This document shows positions 18,553 to 28,908 of a stretch of 48,766 nucleotides of DNA, piece after piece. The stretch spans positions 1-48,766 of the forward strand of contig JAYZQJ010000077.1 of the NCBI GenBank assembly GCA_036149055.1, given 5' to 3'. How positions within the stretch are numbered: the stretch's first letter is position 1; each line of letters opens with the position of its first letter. Source of the stretch: Myxococcota bacterium (GTDB lineage Bacteria; Myxococcota_A; Polyangia; Polyangiales; Sandaracinaceae). Position numbers and translations under genes: made by a program. The notes under the pieces are model-generated. The model did not search any database. It was not told the DNA's origin and saw nothing but the letters and a program-made list of their open reading frames with translations.

Positions 18553-19595
18553 CCGATCCCCTCGACGCGTTCGACGCGAGCCTCGCGCCGCTCGCCAGCG
18601 CGTACCTGCCGGGCGCGCTCGTCGCCGCGGCGGTCGAGCTGGGGCTCTTCGAGCGGCTCACCGCGCCCGCCGCGCCCGAGGAGGTCGCCGCGTCGGTCGG
18701 CGCCTCGGTCGAGGGCACCGCGCGCATGCTGCGGGCGCTGGCCGCGCTCGGGGTGGTTCGCCACGCGGGCGAGGGGCGGTTCGACTGCCCGCACCACGAG
18801 GCGCTCCGCGCCGATCGCCCGGAGAGCGTGGGCGCGCTCTTCCTCCACCATCACCGGCACGTGGCCCCGCTCTTCGCCCGGCTCGCCGACAGCGTCCGGA
18901 CCGGCGCGCCCCAGCACGGGGCCTGGCGCTTCGCGTCCGCCCCGCCCGCGCCCACCGCCTACGAGGAGCTGACCCGGCACCCGGAGGAGGTGGCGCTGTT
19001 CCTGCGAGCGATGGATCGCGACGGGCGCGGGGTGGGCGAGCGGATCGCCTCGGCGGTCGATCTCCGCGGCTGCGACCGGCTGCTCGATCTCGGCGGGGGA
19101 GGGGGCGCGGTCGCGCGCGGCCTGCTCCGCGCGGTCCCGGGGCTGGTCGTGGAGAGCGTGGACCTCGGGCCGGCCTGCGCCTACGCGAGGGCCCGGAGCG
19201 AGGCCCAGGGGCTCGCCGGCCGGCATCGCCTCTTCGAGCGCGACCTGAGGCGGCCGCTCGATCTCGAGCCCGCGCCCTGCGTGCTGCTCTCGGCCGTGCT
19301 CGCCGACTTCCCGGCCCCGGAGCGCGCGCTCGTCATGCGCCACGCGGCGGACTGCGTGGCCGAGGGCGGCACCCTGCTGATCAGCGAGCGGCTCCTGCAC
19401 GACGATCGCTCGGGGCCGGTCGGCGCGGCGATGCTCTCGCTCCTGACCTTCGCGGCGTTCGGCGGCGATCAGCTGAGCGCCGACGACGCCTGCGCGCTCC
19501 TCGCGCAGGTGGGTTTCGGGGTGGTCGCCCTCTGCTCCGCGCAGGACGGAGAGCGCGATCTCGTGGTCGCCGAGCGGGTCAGGCCCGCTCGATGA
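18549..19595 (+). CDS. SAM-dependent methyltransferase (Methyltransf_2 with dimerisation domain)
   Basis: AAVELGLF winged-helix N-terminus; LLDLGGGGG; LSAVLAD; GGTLLISE. Confidence 0.87.
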   Translation: MTDPLDAFDASLAPLASAYLPGALVAAAVELGLFERLTAPAAPEEVAASVGASVEGTARMLRALAALGVVRHAGEGRFDCPHHEALRADRPESVGALFLHHHRHVAPLFARLADSVRTGAPQHGAWRFASAPPAPTAYEELTRHPEEVALFLRAMDRDGRGVGERIASAVDLRGCDRLLDLGGGGGAVARGLLRAVPGLVVESVDLGPACAYARARSEAQGLAGRHRLFERDLRRPLDLEPAPCVLLSAVLADFPAPERALVMRHAADCVAEGGTLLISERLLHDDRSGPVGAAMLSLLTFAAFGGDQLSADDACALLAQVGFGVVALCSAQDGERDLVVAERVRPAR

Positions 19596-20748
19596 CCAGC
19601 GCGGTGGCGACCCCGGCCCCGCCGCAGATCGAGACGACCGCGCGTCGCTCGCCCCGGGCCTCGAGGGCGTCGAGCGCGGTCGCGACCAGCACCCCGCCGG
19701 TCGCGCCGAGGGGGTGCCCCATCGCGATGGCTCCGCCGAGCACGTTGAGGCGCGCGTGGTCCACCTCGAGCGCGCGCGAGAAGTGCTCCGGCACCACCGC
19801 GAACGACTCGTTGACCTCGTAGACGTCGACGTCGCCGGCCTCGAGGCCCGCCCGCGCCAGCGCCTTCCGGGTGGCCTCCACGTTGCCGTGCAGCATCAGC
19901 GTCGGCTCCACCGCGGCGTGCGCCCACGCGCGGACGAGGCCCCGGGGCGCGCGGCCGAGCCTCTCGAGCGCCGCGTCGTCGGCCACGAGGAGCGCCGACG
20001 CGCCGTCGGCCAGCCCCGGCGCGCTGCGCGCGTGATGCACCGGCGCGACCTCCACCCCGGGGTAGCGCGCGGCGATCCGGCGGCGGGCGTCGGCGTCGAG
20101 CAGGTCCCCGAAGGCGCCGGGCCGGGCGCTCACCTCGTCGAGCGTCAGGCCGTCGCGGATGAGCGCGTCGTGCGCGAGCCCCGCCGCCGGGACCAGGCTC
20201 CGCGCGAACGCGCCGCCGTCGCGCGCGGCGGCCGCCCGGGCGTGGGACCGCACGGCGAGGGCGTCGAGGGCCGCGCGCTCGATGCCCGCCTCGGCGGCCA
20301 GCAGGTCGGCCGCGACCGCCATGTGCACGAAGCCGGTCGCCTCGGCCACCTCGGGGTCGAAGCACCAGGGACCCCGGTCGGCGAACATCGGCACCCGGCT
20401 CAGCGACTCCACGCCGCCGGCGACGATCAGGGACTCCATCGGGGACGAGACGCGCGCCGCCGCGGTGGCGATGGCGTCGAGGCCGCTCGCGCAGAAGCGG
20501 CTCACCGTGGCCCCGCCGCCCTCGAGGCCGGCGAGCAGCGCGGCCATCCGGGCGACGTCCGTGCCCTGCTCTCCGGTCGGCATCGCGCAGCCGACGATCA
20601 CGTCGTCCACCGCCCCGTGCCCGGTCCGCTCGCGCAGCGCGCGCAGCAGATCGGCGAGCAGCCGCGTCGGCGGCACCCCGGACAGCTCCCCGCCCTCGCG
20701 GCCGCGCCCCCGGGGCGTGCGCACCGCGTCGACGATCCAGGCGGTCAC
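19579..20748 (-). CDS. Acetyl-CoA C-acyltransferase (thiolase)
   Basis: DAVRTPRG, RFCASG, GGVES, EVNESF, GHPLGATG, ICGGAG. Confidence 0.9.
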   Translation of the reverse strand: MTAWIVDAVRTPRGRGREGGELSGVPPTRLLADLLRALRERTGHGAVDDVIVGCAMPTGEQGTDVARMAALLAGLEGGGATVSRFCASGLDAIATAAARVSSPMESLIVAGGVESLSRVPMFADRGPWCFDPEVAEATGFVHMAVAADLLAAEAGIERAALDALAVRSHARAAAARDGGAFARSLVPAAGLAHDALIRDGLTLDEVSARPGAFGDLLDADARRRIAARYPGVEVAPVHHARSAPGLADGASALLVADDAALERLGRAPRGLVRAWAHAAVEPTLMLHGNVEATRKALARAGLEAGDVDVYEVNESFAVVPEHFSRALEVDHARLNVLGGAIAMGHPLGATGGVLVATALDALEARGERRAVVSICGGAGVATALVIERA

Positions 20749-21968
20749 AGCCCGACGACGAAGCTGACGGTGGTGGTGGCGCTGCCCCCGAGGTTGAGGG
20801 TCTGCGCGCGCCGCGCGCCCTCGACCTGGATCTCGCCCGCCTCGCCCCGCACCTGGCGCGCGCCGTCGAGCAGCATGCGGACGCCGGTCGCGCCGACCGG
20901 GTGGCCGAGGCCGATCAGCCCTCCGCTCGGGTTCATCGGCAGCGCCCCGCCGCGCTCGAAGAGCCCGGCCTCGAGGGGTCGGAACGCCTCGCCCGGCTCG
21001 GCGAGCCCGAGGTGATCGACGATCGCGTAGCCGGTGATCGAGAAGCAGTCGTGCACCTCGAGGAGGTCGGCGTCCCGCGCGCCCTGCATGCCGGCGCGGC
21101 GCCAGGCGTCCTCGAGCGTCTGGCGGAGGTGGGGGAAGACCCAGCGGCCGCCGCGGCTCGCCCGGAGCTTGTCCTCGAGCGCCATCGGCGCGGTGCGGTG
21201 GCCCCAGCCGAGGATGCGCGGGACGGCGTCGAGGGAGACGCCCCGGCGGTCGGCCCACGCCCTCGCGCCCCGCTCGCTCGCGAGCACGACCGCGGCCGCT
21301 CCGTCGGTGATGCGCCCGCAGTCCTGGCGGCGGAGCCGGCCCTCGACCACCGCGTTGGCCTCGTCGTCCTCGGCGTACATCGCGTCGCTCAGCCGCCAGC
21401 CGCGGGTCTGGGCGACCGGGTTGCGCTGCGCGTTCTCGAGGTCGATGCGCGAGACGAGCGCGAGGTGGTCGCGGTCGAGGCCGTAGCGGGCGTCGTACTC
21501 GTCGGCGACGCGGCTGAAGAGCGACGGCCAGACGTACTTCGCGTCCTCGGCCTCGCGGCCCGTCCAGGCGGCGCAGCCCAGGTAGTCGGCCGCGACGTCG
21601 CCGGCCACGTTGCGCATCTGCTCCACGCCGACCACGAGGACGAGGTCGTAGCGGCCGGCCTCGATCTCGGCGGTCGCGGCGAGGGTGGCGACGCTGCCCG
21701 AGGCGCACGCGGCCTCGTGACGCGCCGTGGGGAGGCCCGCGAGGTCGTCGTGCAGGCTGGCGAGCACGCCCCCGAGCTGGCCCTGACGGCAGAAGAGCTC
21801 GGCGGTGAAGTTGCCGACGTGCGCCGCGTCGAGCTCGCCCGGCGCCACGCCGGTGGCCTCCAGGGCGCCCTGCACCGCGTCGCGCATGATCGCGTCGACG
21901 CCGAGCCCCTCGCGGCTGTAGTTGCGACCGAAGTCGGTCTGGGATCCGCCGAGCACGAAGACGGTCAC
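20745..21968 (-). CDS. SCP2-type thiolase-like protein
   Basis: EAACASG, DGAAA, EVHDCF, NPSGG, GHPVGATG, NLGG. Confidence 0.88.
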   Translation of the reverse strand: MTVFVLGGSQTDFGRNYSREGLGVDAIMRDAVQGALEATGVAPGELDAAHVGNFTAELFCRQGQLGGVLASLHDDLAGLPTARHEAACASGSVATLAATAEIEAGRYDLVLVVGVEQMRNVAGDVAADYLGCAAWTGREAEDAKYVWPSLFSRVADEYDARYGLDRDHLALVSRIDLENAQRNPVAQTRGWRLSDAMYAEDDEANAVVEGRLRRQDCGRITDGAAAVVLASERGARAWADRRGVSLDAVPRILGWGHRTAPMALEDKLRASRGGRWVFPHLRQTLEDAWRRAGMQGARDADLLEVHDCFSITGYAIVDHLGLAEPGEAFRPLEAGLFERGGALPMNPSGGLIGLGHPVGATGVRMLLDGARQVRGEAGEIQVEGARRAQTLNLGGSATTTVSFVVGL

Positions 21969-23347
21969 AGCGAGCCTCCCTCGACCCAGGTGGCGTGGAA
22001 GCCGAGGGGCACGCGCTGCGGGATGGCCGCCCTGGCGCGCGGGCCCTCGTCGAGCGCGCGCGCGTCGTAGATCCACAGCTCGGAGGCGTCCCGGGCGGTG
22101 TCGTGCACGAAGGTCAGGAGGTAGCCGTCGTCCTCCGCCGCGGATCCCTCGCGCGGGGCGAAGGGCGCCTCGCTCCCGTAGACCCCGGGGCCGAAGGCGT
22201 GACGCGCCACCTCGCCCTCCGGGCCGTACTTCACGACGCCGTCGAAGAAGAGCGTGCGCGCCTCGGGGATGGTCATGTGGTAGCTGTAACGCGACTTGCG
22301 TCCGGCCACCCGGGCGTCGATCGACGGGAACTCGGCGCTGCGGTCGTCGAGCGCCTCCTCGGTGCACGCGCCGGTCTCGAGGTCGAAGCGCCAGCGGTGC
22401 AGCCGCGCGGTCAGGCGCAGGTTCGCGAGCGCCCGGGCGAGGGGGCCGTCGTCGGGCCGCGGCGCGGGGATCGGGTCGTCGCAGCGGCAGCCGACCATGA
22501 CGATGGCGCCGTCCTCCTCCCAGGCGTTGACCGAGTGGTAGATGTAGCAGGGCTCCGCCTCGAACCAGCGGACCTCGCCGCCGCGCCTCGGCACGACGCC
22601 GAAGCGGGCCGGCACGTCGCGGTGGTAGTCGACCATCCACTTGCGATGCTTCAGCGCCTCCGGGCGGAACCACACCGGGAGATCCATCAGGATCGCGTAG
22701 CGCTCGGTGAAGGCCATGTCGTGCGGGAGCCGCGGCCCGGGCAGCTCGATCTCGGTCTGGTGCACGAGCCGGCCGCCCGCGTCGACCACGCCGTAGCGCA
22801 TGAACGGAGGCACCGGCCCGTAGTCGAACCAGAGCAGCTCGCCGCTCGCGGGATCGACCTTGGCGTGCGCCGACAGCCGGGCCGGGCGGTCCCCGCCGAA
22901 GGTGTGCGCGCCGCGGCTCTCGAGGGTCGAGGGATCCACCCGGTGCGCGCCGCCGCAGATGTACCAGAGCGTCAGCAGCTCGCCGCCGTGGAAGAGCACG
23001 TCGGTGTTGCCGGTGTCGCGGTAGGGCTGCCCCTTCGGGTTCTCCCGCGTGCTCTCCATGAGCCCGCGCCAGAGCGGCCGGCCCGCCTCGTCCTCCATCC
23101 GGGTGGCCGCCGTGCGGACGTAGCGGTTGCGGTAGCGCAGCGCGCCGTCCTCGACGTGCACCGCGTGCAGCATGCCGTCCCCGTCGAACCAGTGATGCGC
23201 GCCGAGCGGCGCCCGCTTCGGGTTGGGGCCGTTGCGCACGTAGGCGCCGAAGAGATCGCGCGGGACCTCGCCCTCGATGACGTCGAGCGCGACGTCGATC
23301 TCGGTCGACACCGGCGCGTAGGGACCGCTCAGGTACGGATTGTCCAC
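21965..23347 (-). CDS. Carotenoid/stilbenoid cleavage dioxygenase (RPE65 family)
   Basis: RNGPNP, HWFDGDGM, SAHAKVD, HDM, YHSVNAWE, EFP, EAPF, GFHATW (four Fe-binding His). Confidence 0.93.
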   Translation of the reverse strand: MDNPYLSGPYAPVSTEIDVALDVIEGEVPRDLFGAYVRNGPNPKRAPLGAHHWFDGDGMLHAVHVEDGALRYRNRYVRTAATRMEDEAGRPLWRGLMESTRENPKGQPYRDTGNTDVLFHGGELLTLWYICGGAHRVDPSTLESRGAHTFGGDRPARLSAHAKVDPASGELLWFDYGPVPPFMRYGVVDAGGRLVHQTEIELPGPRLPHDMAFTERYAILMDLPVWFRPEALKHRKWMVDYHRDVPARFGVVPRRGGEVRWFEAEPCYIYHSVNAWEEDGAIVMVGCRCDDPIPAPRPDDGPLARALANLRLTARLHRWRFDLETGACTEEALDDRSAEFPSIDARVAGRKSRYSYHMTIPEARTLFFDGVVKYGPEGEVARHAFGPGVYGSEAPFAPREGSAAEDDGYLLTFVHDTARDASELWIYDARALDEGPRARAAIPQRVPLGFHATWVEGGSL

Positions 23348-23384
23348 CCCTCCGGGCTAACAGATCGCGGCGCGCCGCGGAAGG

Positions 23385-23927
23385 TCAGCGCCGGTAGGTG
23401 AGGCGGTAGCGGATGTCCGCGGGGAGCTGGGGCGCGCCGATGCGGGCGGCCATGGTGAGGCGGCGGCCGTCGGCCGAGACGCTGAAGACGTTGGTCCGGC
23501 GACCCTCGCCGGCGTCCTGGCGCGCGATCAGGCGGCCGCGGTCGAAGCGGAGCGACATCCGGATGTCGTTGCCGTCCGGGCCACGGAGGGCGACCGCGGG
23601 CGCGCCGAGGCGGAGGCGCTGCGGGCCCCAGGCGTCGTAGCCGAGCCGCACGTGCTGCTCGTCTTCGACCCGGATCACCACGCGCTCCTCGGGGTTCAGC
23701 CGGCCGTGGATCTCACCGCGGGCGATCTCGCGGATGAAGAGGTTCATCTGATCGACGACGCGATCGATGGCGTCGTCCATCCGGTCGACCTGCCGCCGGC
23801 CGTCGAGCCGCCAGGTGCCCGAGAAGTCCTCGAGCGCGGTCGTCTGCGAGCGCGCCGGGCTGATGACGACCGCGCCGAGGAGCGCCGCCGCCGCGAGCCA
23901 ACCGATCGTCCAGGTCCCCCACCGCAT
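23385..23927 (-). CDS. Hypothetical secreted protein
   Basis: Signal-peptide-like N-terminus, DFSGTW motif, C-terminal YRLTYRR; start uncertain. Confidence 0.6.
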   Translation of the reverse strand: MRWGTWTIGWLAAAALLGAVVISPARSQTTALEDFSGTWRLDGRRQVDRMDDAIDRVVDQMNLFIREIARGEIHGRLNPEERVVIRVEDEQHVRLGYDAWGPQRLRLGAPAVALRGPDGNDIRMSLRFDRGRLIARQDAGEGRRTNVFSVSADGRRLTMAARIGAPQLPADIRYRLTYRR

Positions 23928-24093
23928 GCCGAGTCGCCGTGCAGGATAGGGGCCAATCGCGGCTCCGGGAAGGGTGGGGCCGTCGATTGTGCCAGGCGCG
24001 ACAAAGCCGCCCCGGTCCGTGCGCGCTGGCACGGTCCAGCCCGTCTGCGGAACATCACGTGGCGCGCCGCGCGCCCGGGCTAGGCTCCCGCCC

Positions 24094-25632
<1,539 letters not shown>

Positions 25633-25635
25633 GCG

Positions 25636-27624
25636 TCAGGCCTCCGCCGGCGCCACGCTCGGAGCGGGGAGGCTGAAGCGGACCACGGTGCCCCGGCCGG
25701 CGGCGGTGTCGATGCTGACGTCGCCGCCGAGCTGCTCCGTCGCCGCGAGCACCGCGCCCATGCCGACGCCGCGCCCCGACAGCTCGCTGACGGCGGCGCG
25801 GGTGGTGACCCCGTCGGCGAAGAGCGCCGAGCGCAGCTCGTCCTGCGAGTTGGCCGGGTGTCCGCTCAGCGCGGCCACGCGGCGGACCTCGTCCCAGTCG
25901 ATGCCGCGGCCGTCGTCGGCGATCTCCACCACGACCCGATCCGCCTCGGCGCGGGTGGCGAGGCGGAGGTGGCCCTCGGCGGGCTTGCCGAGCTCCTGCC
26001 GATCGTTCGCCGGCTCGATCCCGTGGTCGACCGCGTTGCGCACGACGTGCACGAACGCGCTCCAGAACGACTGGTAGCCCTCCGCCGGGAGCCGGAGATC
26101 GTTGGGCTCGAGCTCGACCTCGACCTCCTTGCCGAGCCGCTCGGCGATCCCGCGGGCCTGATCGGCGATCCGCGTGAGCCGGTGCCGGGTGGGCTCGAGC
26201 TTCCACTCCGAGGCGATCTTCGCGAGCTCGTCGTGGGAGGTGCCGTGGGCCACCGCGGCGAGGAAGGCGCGGTACTCCTCGTCGTCGAGCTCGATGCGCG
26301 GCTTCTGCTCGCCGAGCAGCGCGCCGAGGCGCTCGCCGATCTCGTCCCAGCGCGCCTTCAGCTCGGCCTTCTCGGCGTCACCGGGGGGCGCGCTCTCCTC
26401 GGCCATGCGGGTCTCCATCGCGTGGCAGAGATCGGCGATGGACTGGAGCCCGTAGATGCCCGCGTTGCCCTTGAGGGTGTGCAGCCAGCGCTTCAGGACC
26501 GCGGGCTCGGCGTCACCGGCCGTGATGTGCGCCACCAGCTCGCGCGCCTCCAGGTAGAACTCGAGCACGCCGTTCTTGTCGGTGACGATCCTCTTGAAGA
26601 GGGCGAAGAGCTCGCGCTCCGTCCGCTCGGCGCGCTCGCGAGCCCGGCGGGCGGTCGCGTCGGTGATCACCACCAGCACCCGCTCGAAGTCCTCGCCGCC
26701 GATCGGTCGATAGTCGAGCTCGAGCTCGCGGCCGTCGGTCTTCAGCGCGCGGGGGAGCTGATGCAGGGTCAGCTCGAGCGGCATGAAGCCGGCGAGGACC
26801 TCCTCCCAGCCGAGCTCGAACCAGGTCGCGGCCTCCGGGCTGGCCTGGCGGAGGAGCGCGGCGAAGGGGGCCCCGCCCTCGACGTCGTCGAACCAGGTCT
26901 CGACCACCCTCGAGTGCTCGGCCGAGAGCACGGCGTCGCGGTCCATGGTGAGGAAGCCCTGCTCCACGTTGTCGAGCACGAGCTTCATCTGCGCGTTGCG
27001 CGCGTCGAGCGCGGCGGTGCGCGCGGCGACGATCTTCTCGAGCCCGATGACGTTGTCGAAGAAGCTCCGCGCCACGTAGATGGCGGCGGTGCTCTCGAGC
27101 ACCACGAAGAGCGCGTGCACGCCGACCACCCAGAACGGCGCGTCGTAGTTGAAGACGCTGCTCGGCAGCACGACCCAGAGGATCGCGTGGTGCGCGGCCA
27201 CCGTCACCGCGGCGGCGAGGATGGACATCGGGTTGCCGTAGAGGGCGAGGAGCGCGAGGAGCACGAAGAAGTAGAAGTGCATCTCGATCTGCACCGGGCC
27301 CTGCCCGAAGTGCACGAGGAGGCCGCCCATCAGCATCGCGGTGACGCCGAAGACGACGGCGTGGGCGCGAGGGTGGCTGAGCGTGCGCGCGGCGATCACC
27401 GGGCCGGCGAGCACCAGCGCCGAGAGCGCGACCGCGCTGAGCGGGCCGGTGTCGTTGAAGTAGGCGATGGCGACGAAGACCGGCGGGTGGGCGAGGAAGA
27501 ACCACAGCCCGATCCGGTTCACCTTGCGCAGATAGGCGCGCTCGAACTCCGTGACCTCGGCCGGGAGGGCCAGGTAGCGCCAGAGCGCGCCGAGACCGCG
27601 CTCGCTCTTCTCTCCGTCGTCCAT
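25636..27624 (-). CDS. Membrane-integral CheA-like histidine kinase (multi-TM + PAS-like + Hpt + HATPase, no CheW domain)
   Basis: TM region with IEMHF; LDNVEQG; LHTLKGNAG (Hpt); VRNAVDHGIE, DDGRG, SGRGVGM. Confidence 0.85.
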   Translation of the reverse strand: MDDGEKSERGLGALWRYLALPAEVTEFERAYLRKVNRIGLWFFLAHPPVFVAIAYFNDTGPLSAVALSALVLAGPVIAARTLSHPRAHAVVFGVTAMLMGGLLVHFGQGPVQIEMHFYFFVLLALLALYGNPMSILAAAVTVAAHHAILWVVLPSSVFNYDAPFWVVGVHALFVVLESTAAIYVARSFFDNVIGLEKIVAARTAALDARNAQMKLVLDNVEQGFLTMDRDAVLSAEHSRVVETWFDDVEGGAPFAALLRQASPEAATWFELGWEEVLAGFMPLELTLHQLPRALKTDGRELELDYRPIGGEDFERVLVVITDATARRARERAERTERELFALFKRIVTDKNGVLEFYLEARELVAHITAGDAEPAVLKRWLHTLKGNAGIYGLQSIADLCHAMETRMAEESAPPGDAEKAELKARWDEIGERLGALLGEQKPRIELDDEEYRAFLAAVAHGTSHDELAKIASEWKLEPTRHRLTRIADQARGIAERLGKEVEVELEPNDLRLPAEGYQSFWSAFVHVVRNAVDHGIEPANDRQELGKPAEGHLRLATRAEADRVVVEIADDGRGIDWDEVRRVAALSGHPANSQDELRSALFADGVTTRAAVSELSGRGVGMGAVLAATEQLGGDVSIDTAAGRGTVVRFSLPAPSVAPAEA

Positions 27625-27706
27625 GAGACGCCGCAACGGCCGCGACCCTCCACGGCTTGAGGCGGCCGCTCTCAATTCCATCGATCCGGAACCGTTGAGG
27701 CCTCGG

Positions 27707-28330
27707 GTGGCGCTTCGCTGGCAAATCCTCGTCTTCGCCGCGGCGGCGTCGTTCGTCACCGCCTTCGTGTCCGGGCGGCCGGCGGACGACCGGAGTGAGG
27801 AGCTGGCGGCGGCGACCCGGACCTACGTGCCGCTGTCTCCGCCGCGGCCGCTCGGGGCCTTCTCGCTCCGCGATCATCGCGGCGAGCCGTTCGACGAGGG
27901 CCGCCTCCGCGGGCGCTTCAGCCTCGTCTTCCTCGGCTACACGCGCTGCCCCGACGTCTGCCCGACGACCCTCGGCGTGCTGGCGCCGGCGCTCGACCGG
28001 ATCGGCGACGCGCAGGTCGTGTTCGTGAGCGTCGACCCGGAGCACGACGACGTGGACCGGGTGCGAGCGTACGTGAGCGCCTTCCACCCGCGGCTGATCG
28101 GCGTCACCGGCTCGCGGGAGGCGCTCACCGCGTTCACCGCCGCCCTCGGCGGGCGCATGGCCGAGGGGGAGGGCGCGCGGCTCGATCACCCGACCAGCGT
28201 GTTCGTGGTCGACGACGAGGCGCGGGTCGTCGCGACCCTGCTGCGGCCGAGCAGTCCGAGCCGGATCGTGCGGGAGCTGGAGCGGGCGAGGGCGCAGACG
28301 CGAGCGCAGACGCGAGCGGAGGCGCGGTGA
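27707..28330 (+). CDS. SCO1/SenC-family copper chaperone
   Basis: GYTRCPDVCP, FVSVDPEHD, LDH; GTG start at 27707 is inferred. Confidence 0.88.
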   Translation: MALRWQILVFAAAASFVTAFVSGRPADDRSEELAAATRTYVPLSPPRPLGAFSLRDHRGEPFDEGRLRGRFSLVFLGYTRCPDVCPTTLGVLAPALDRIGDAQVVFVSVDPEHDDVDRVRAYVSAFHPRLIGVTGSREALTAFTAALGGRMAEGEGARLDHPTSVFVVDDEARVVATLLRPSSPSRIVRELERARAQTRAQTRAEAR

Positions 28331-28908
28331 GCCCGGTCGCGAAGGAGCGGCTCGGCAAGGCCGCGCTGACACTCTGGTTGCCGGTCACGCTCGCGATCGT
28401 GGCCTCGCTGATGGTCAGCCACGTGGTGGCGATGCCGTCGCCGACCGACGGCGCGCGTCTTCGCGACGGAGTGTCCGCGCTGCGACGCGGCGACGGCGCC
28501 TTCCGGCTGCACGTCCTCTACGAGCGCTGCTCCTGCACGCGGTCGCTCTGGGCGCACCTCATGGAGCGCGGGGCGCAGGCCGGCGTCGACGAGCTGATCC
28601 TCTACGTGGGCGCCGACCCGGAGCGCGCGGCCGAGGCGCGGCGGCGAGGCTACCGCTTCGCGCGACGCACCCCCGAGGCGCTCTCCGAGACCCTCGGCCT
28701 CGACGCGGCGCCGCTCTTCGTGGTCGCCGAGGACGAGATCGCCTACGTCGGCGGCTACTACGCGCTCCCGGCCGCGGTGGATCCGCGAGACGAGGCGATC
28801 GTGCGCGCGCTGGCCGACGGAGAGCGCGTGGCGCCGCTGCCGATCTATGGCTGCGCCGTCTCCCCCGCGCTCCAGGACCAGGTCGACCCGCTCGGCCTCG
28901 TCTACTGA
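28327..28908 (+). CDS. Membrane-anchored Cys-motif (CSC...GC) protein, thioredoxin-like/RedB-like
   Basis: N-terminal TM; LYERCSCTRSL and PIYGCAV; translationally coupled to sco. Confidence 0.6.
   Translation: MSPVAKERLGKAALTLWLPVTLAIVASLMVSHVVAMPSPTDGARLRDGVSALRRGDGAFRLHVLYERCSCTRSLWAHLMERGAQAGVDELILYVGADPERAAEARRRGYRFARRTPEALSETLGLDAAPLFVVAEDEIAYVGGYYALPAAVDPRDEAIVRALADGERVAPLPIYGCAVSPALQDQVDPLGLVY

Noticed and set aside
15691..19595. Long 953-aa and 672-aa ORFs suggesting larger fusions or overlapping genes
   Set aside because: Their N-terminal parts are Arg/Ala/Gly-rich off-frame reads; the real starts are the coupled GTGs at 17422 and 18549
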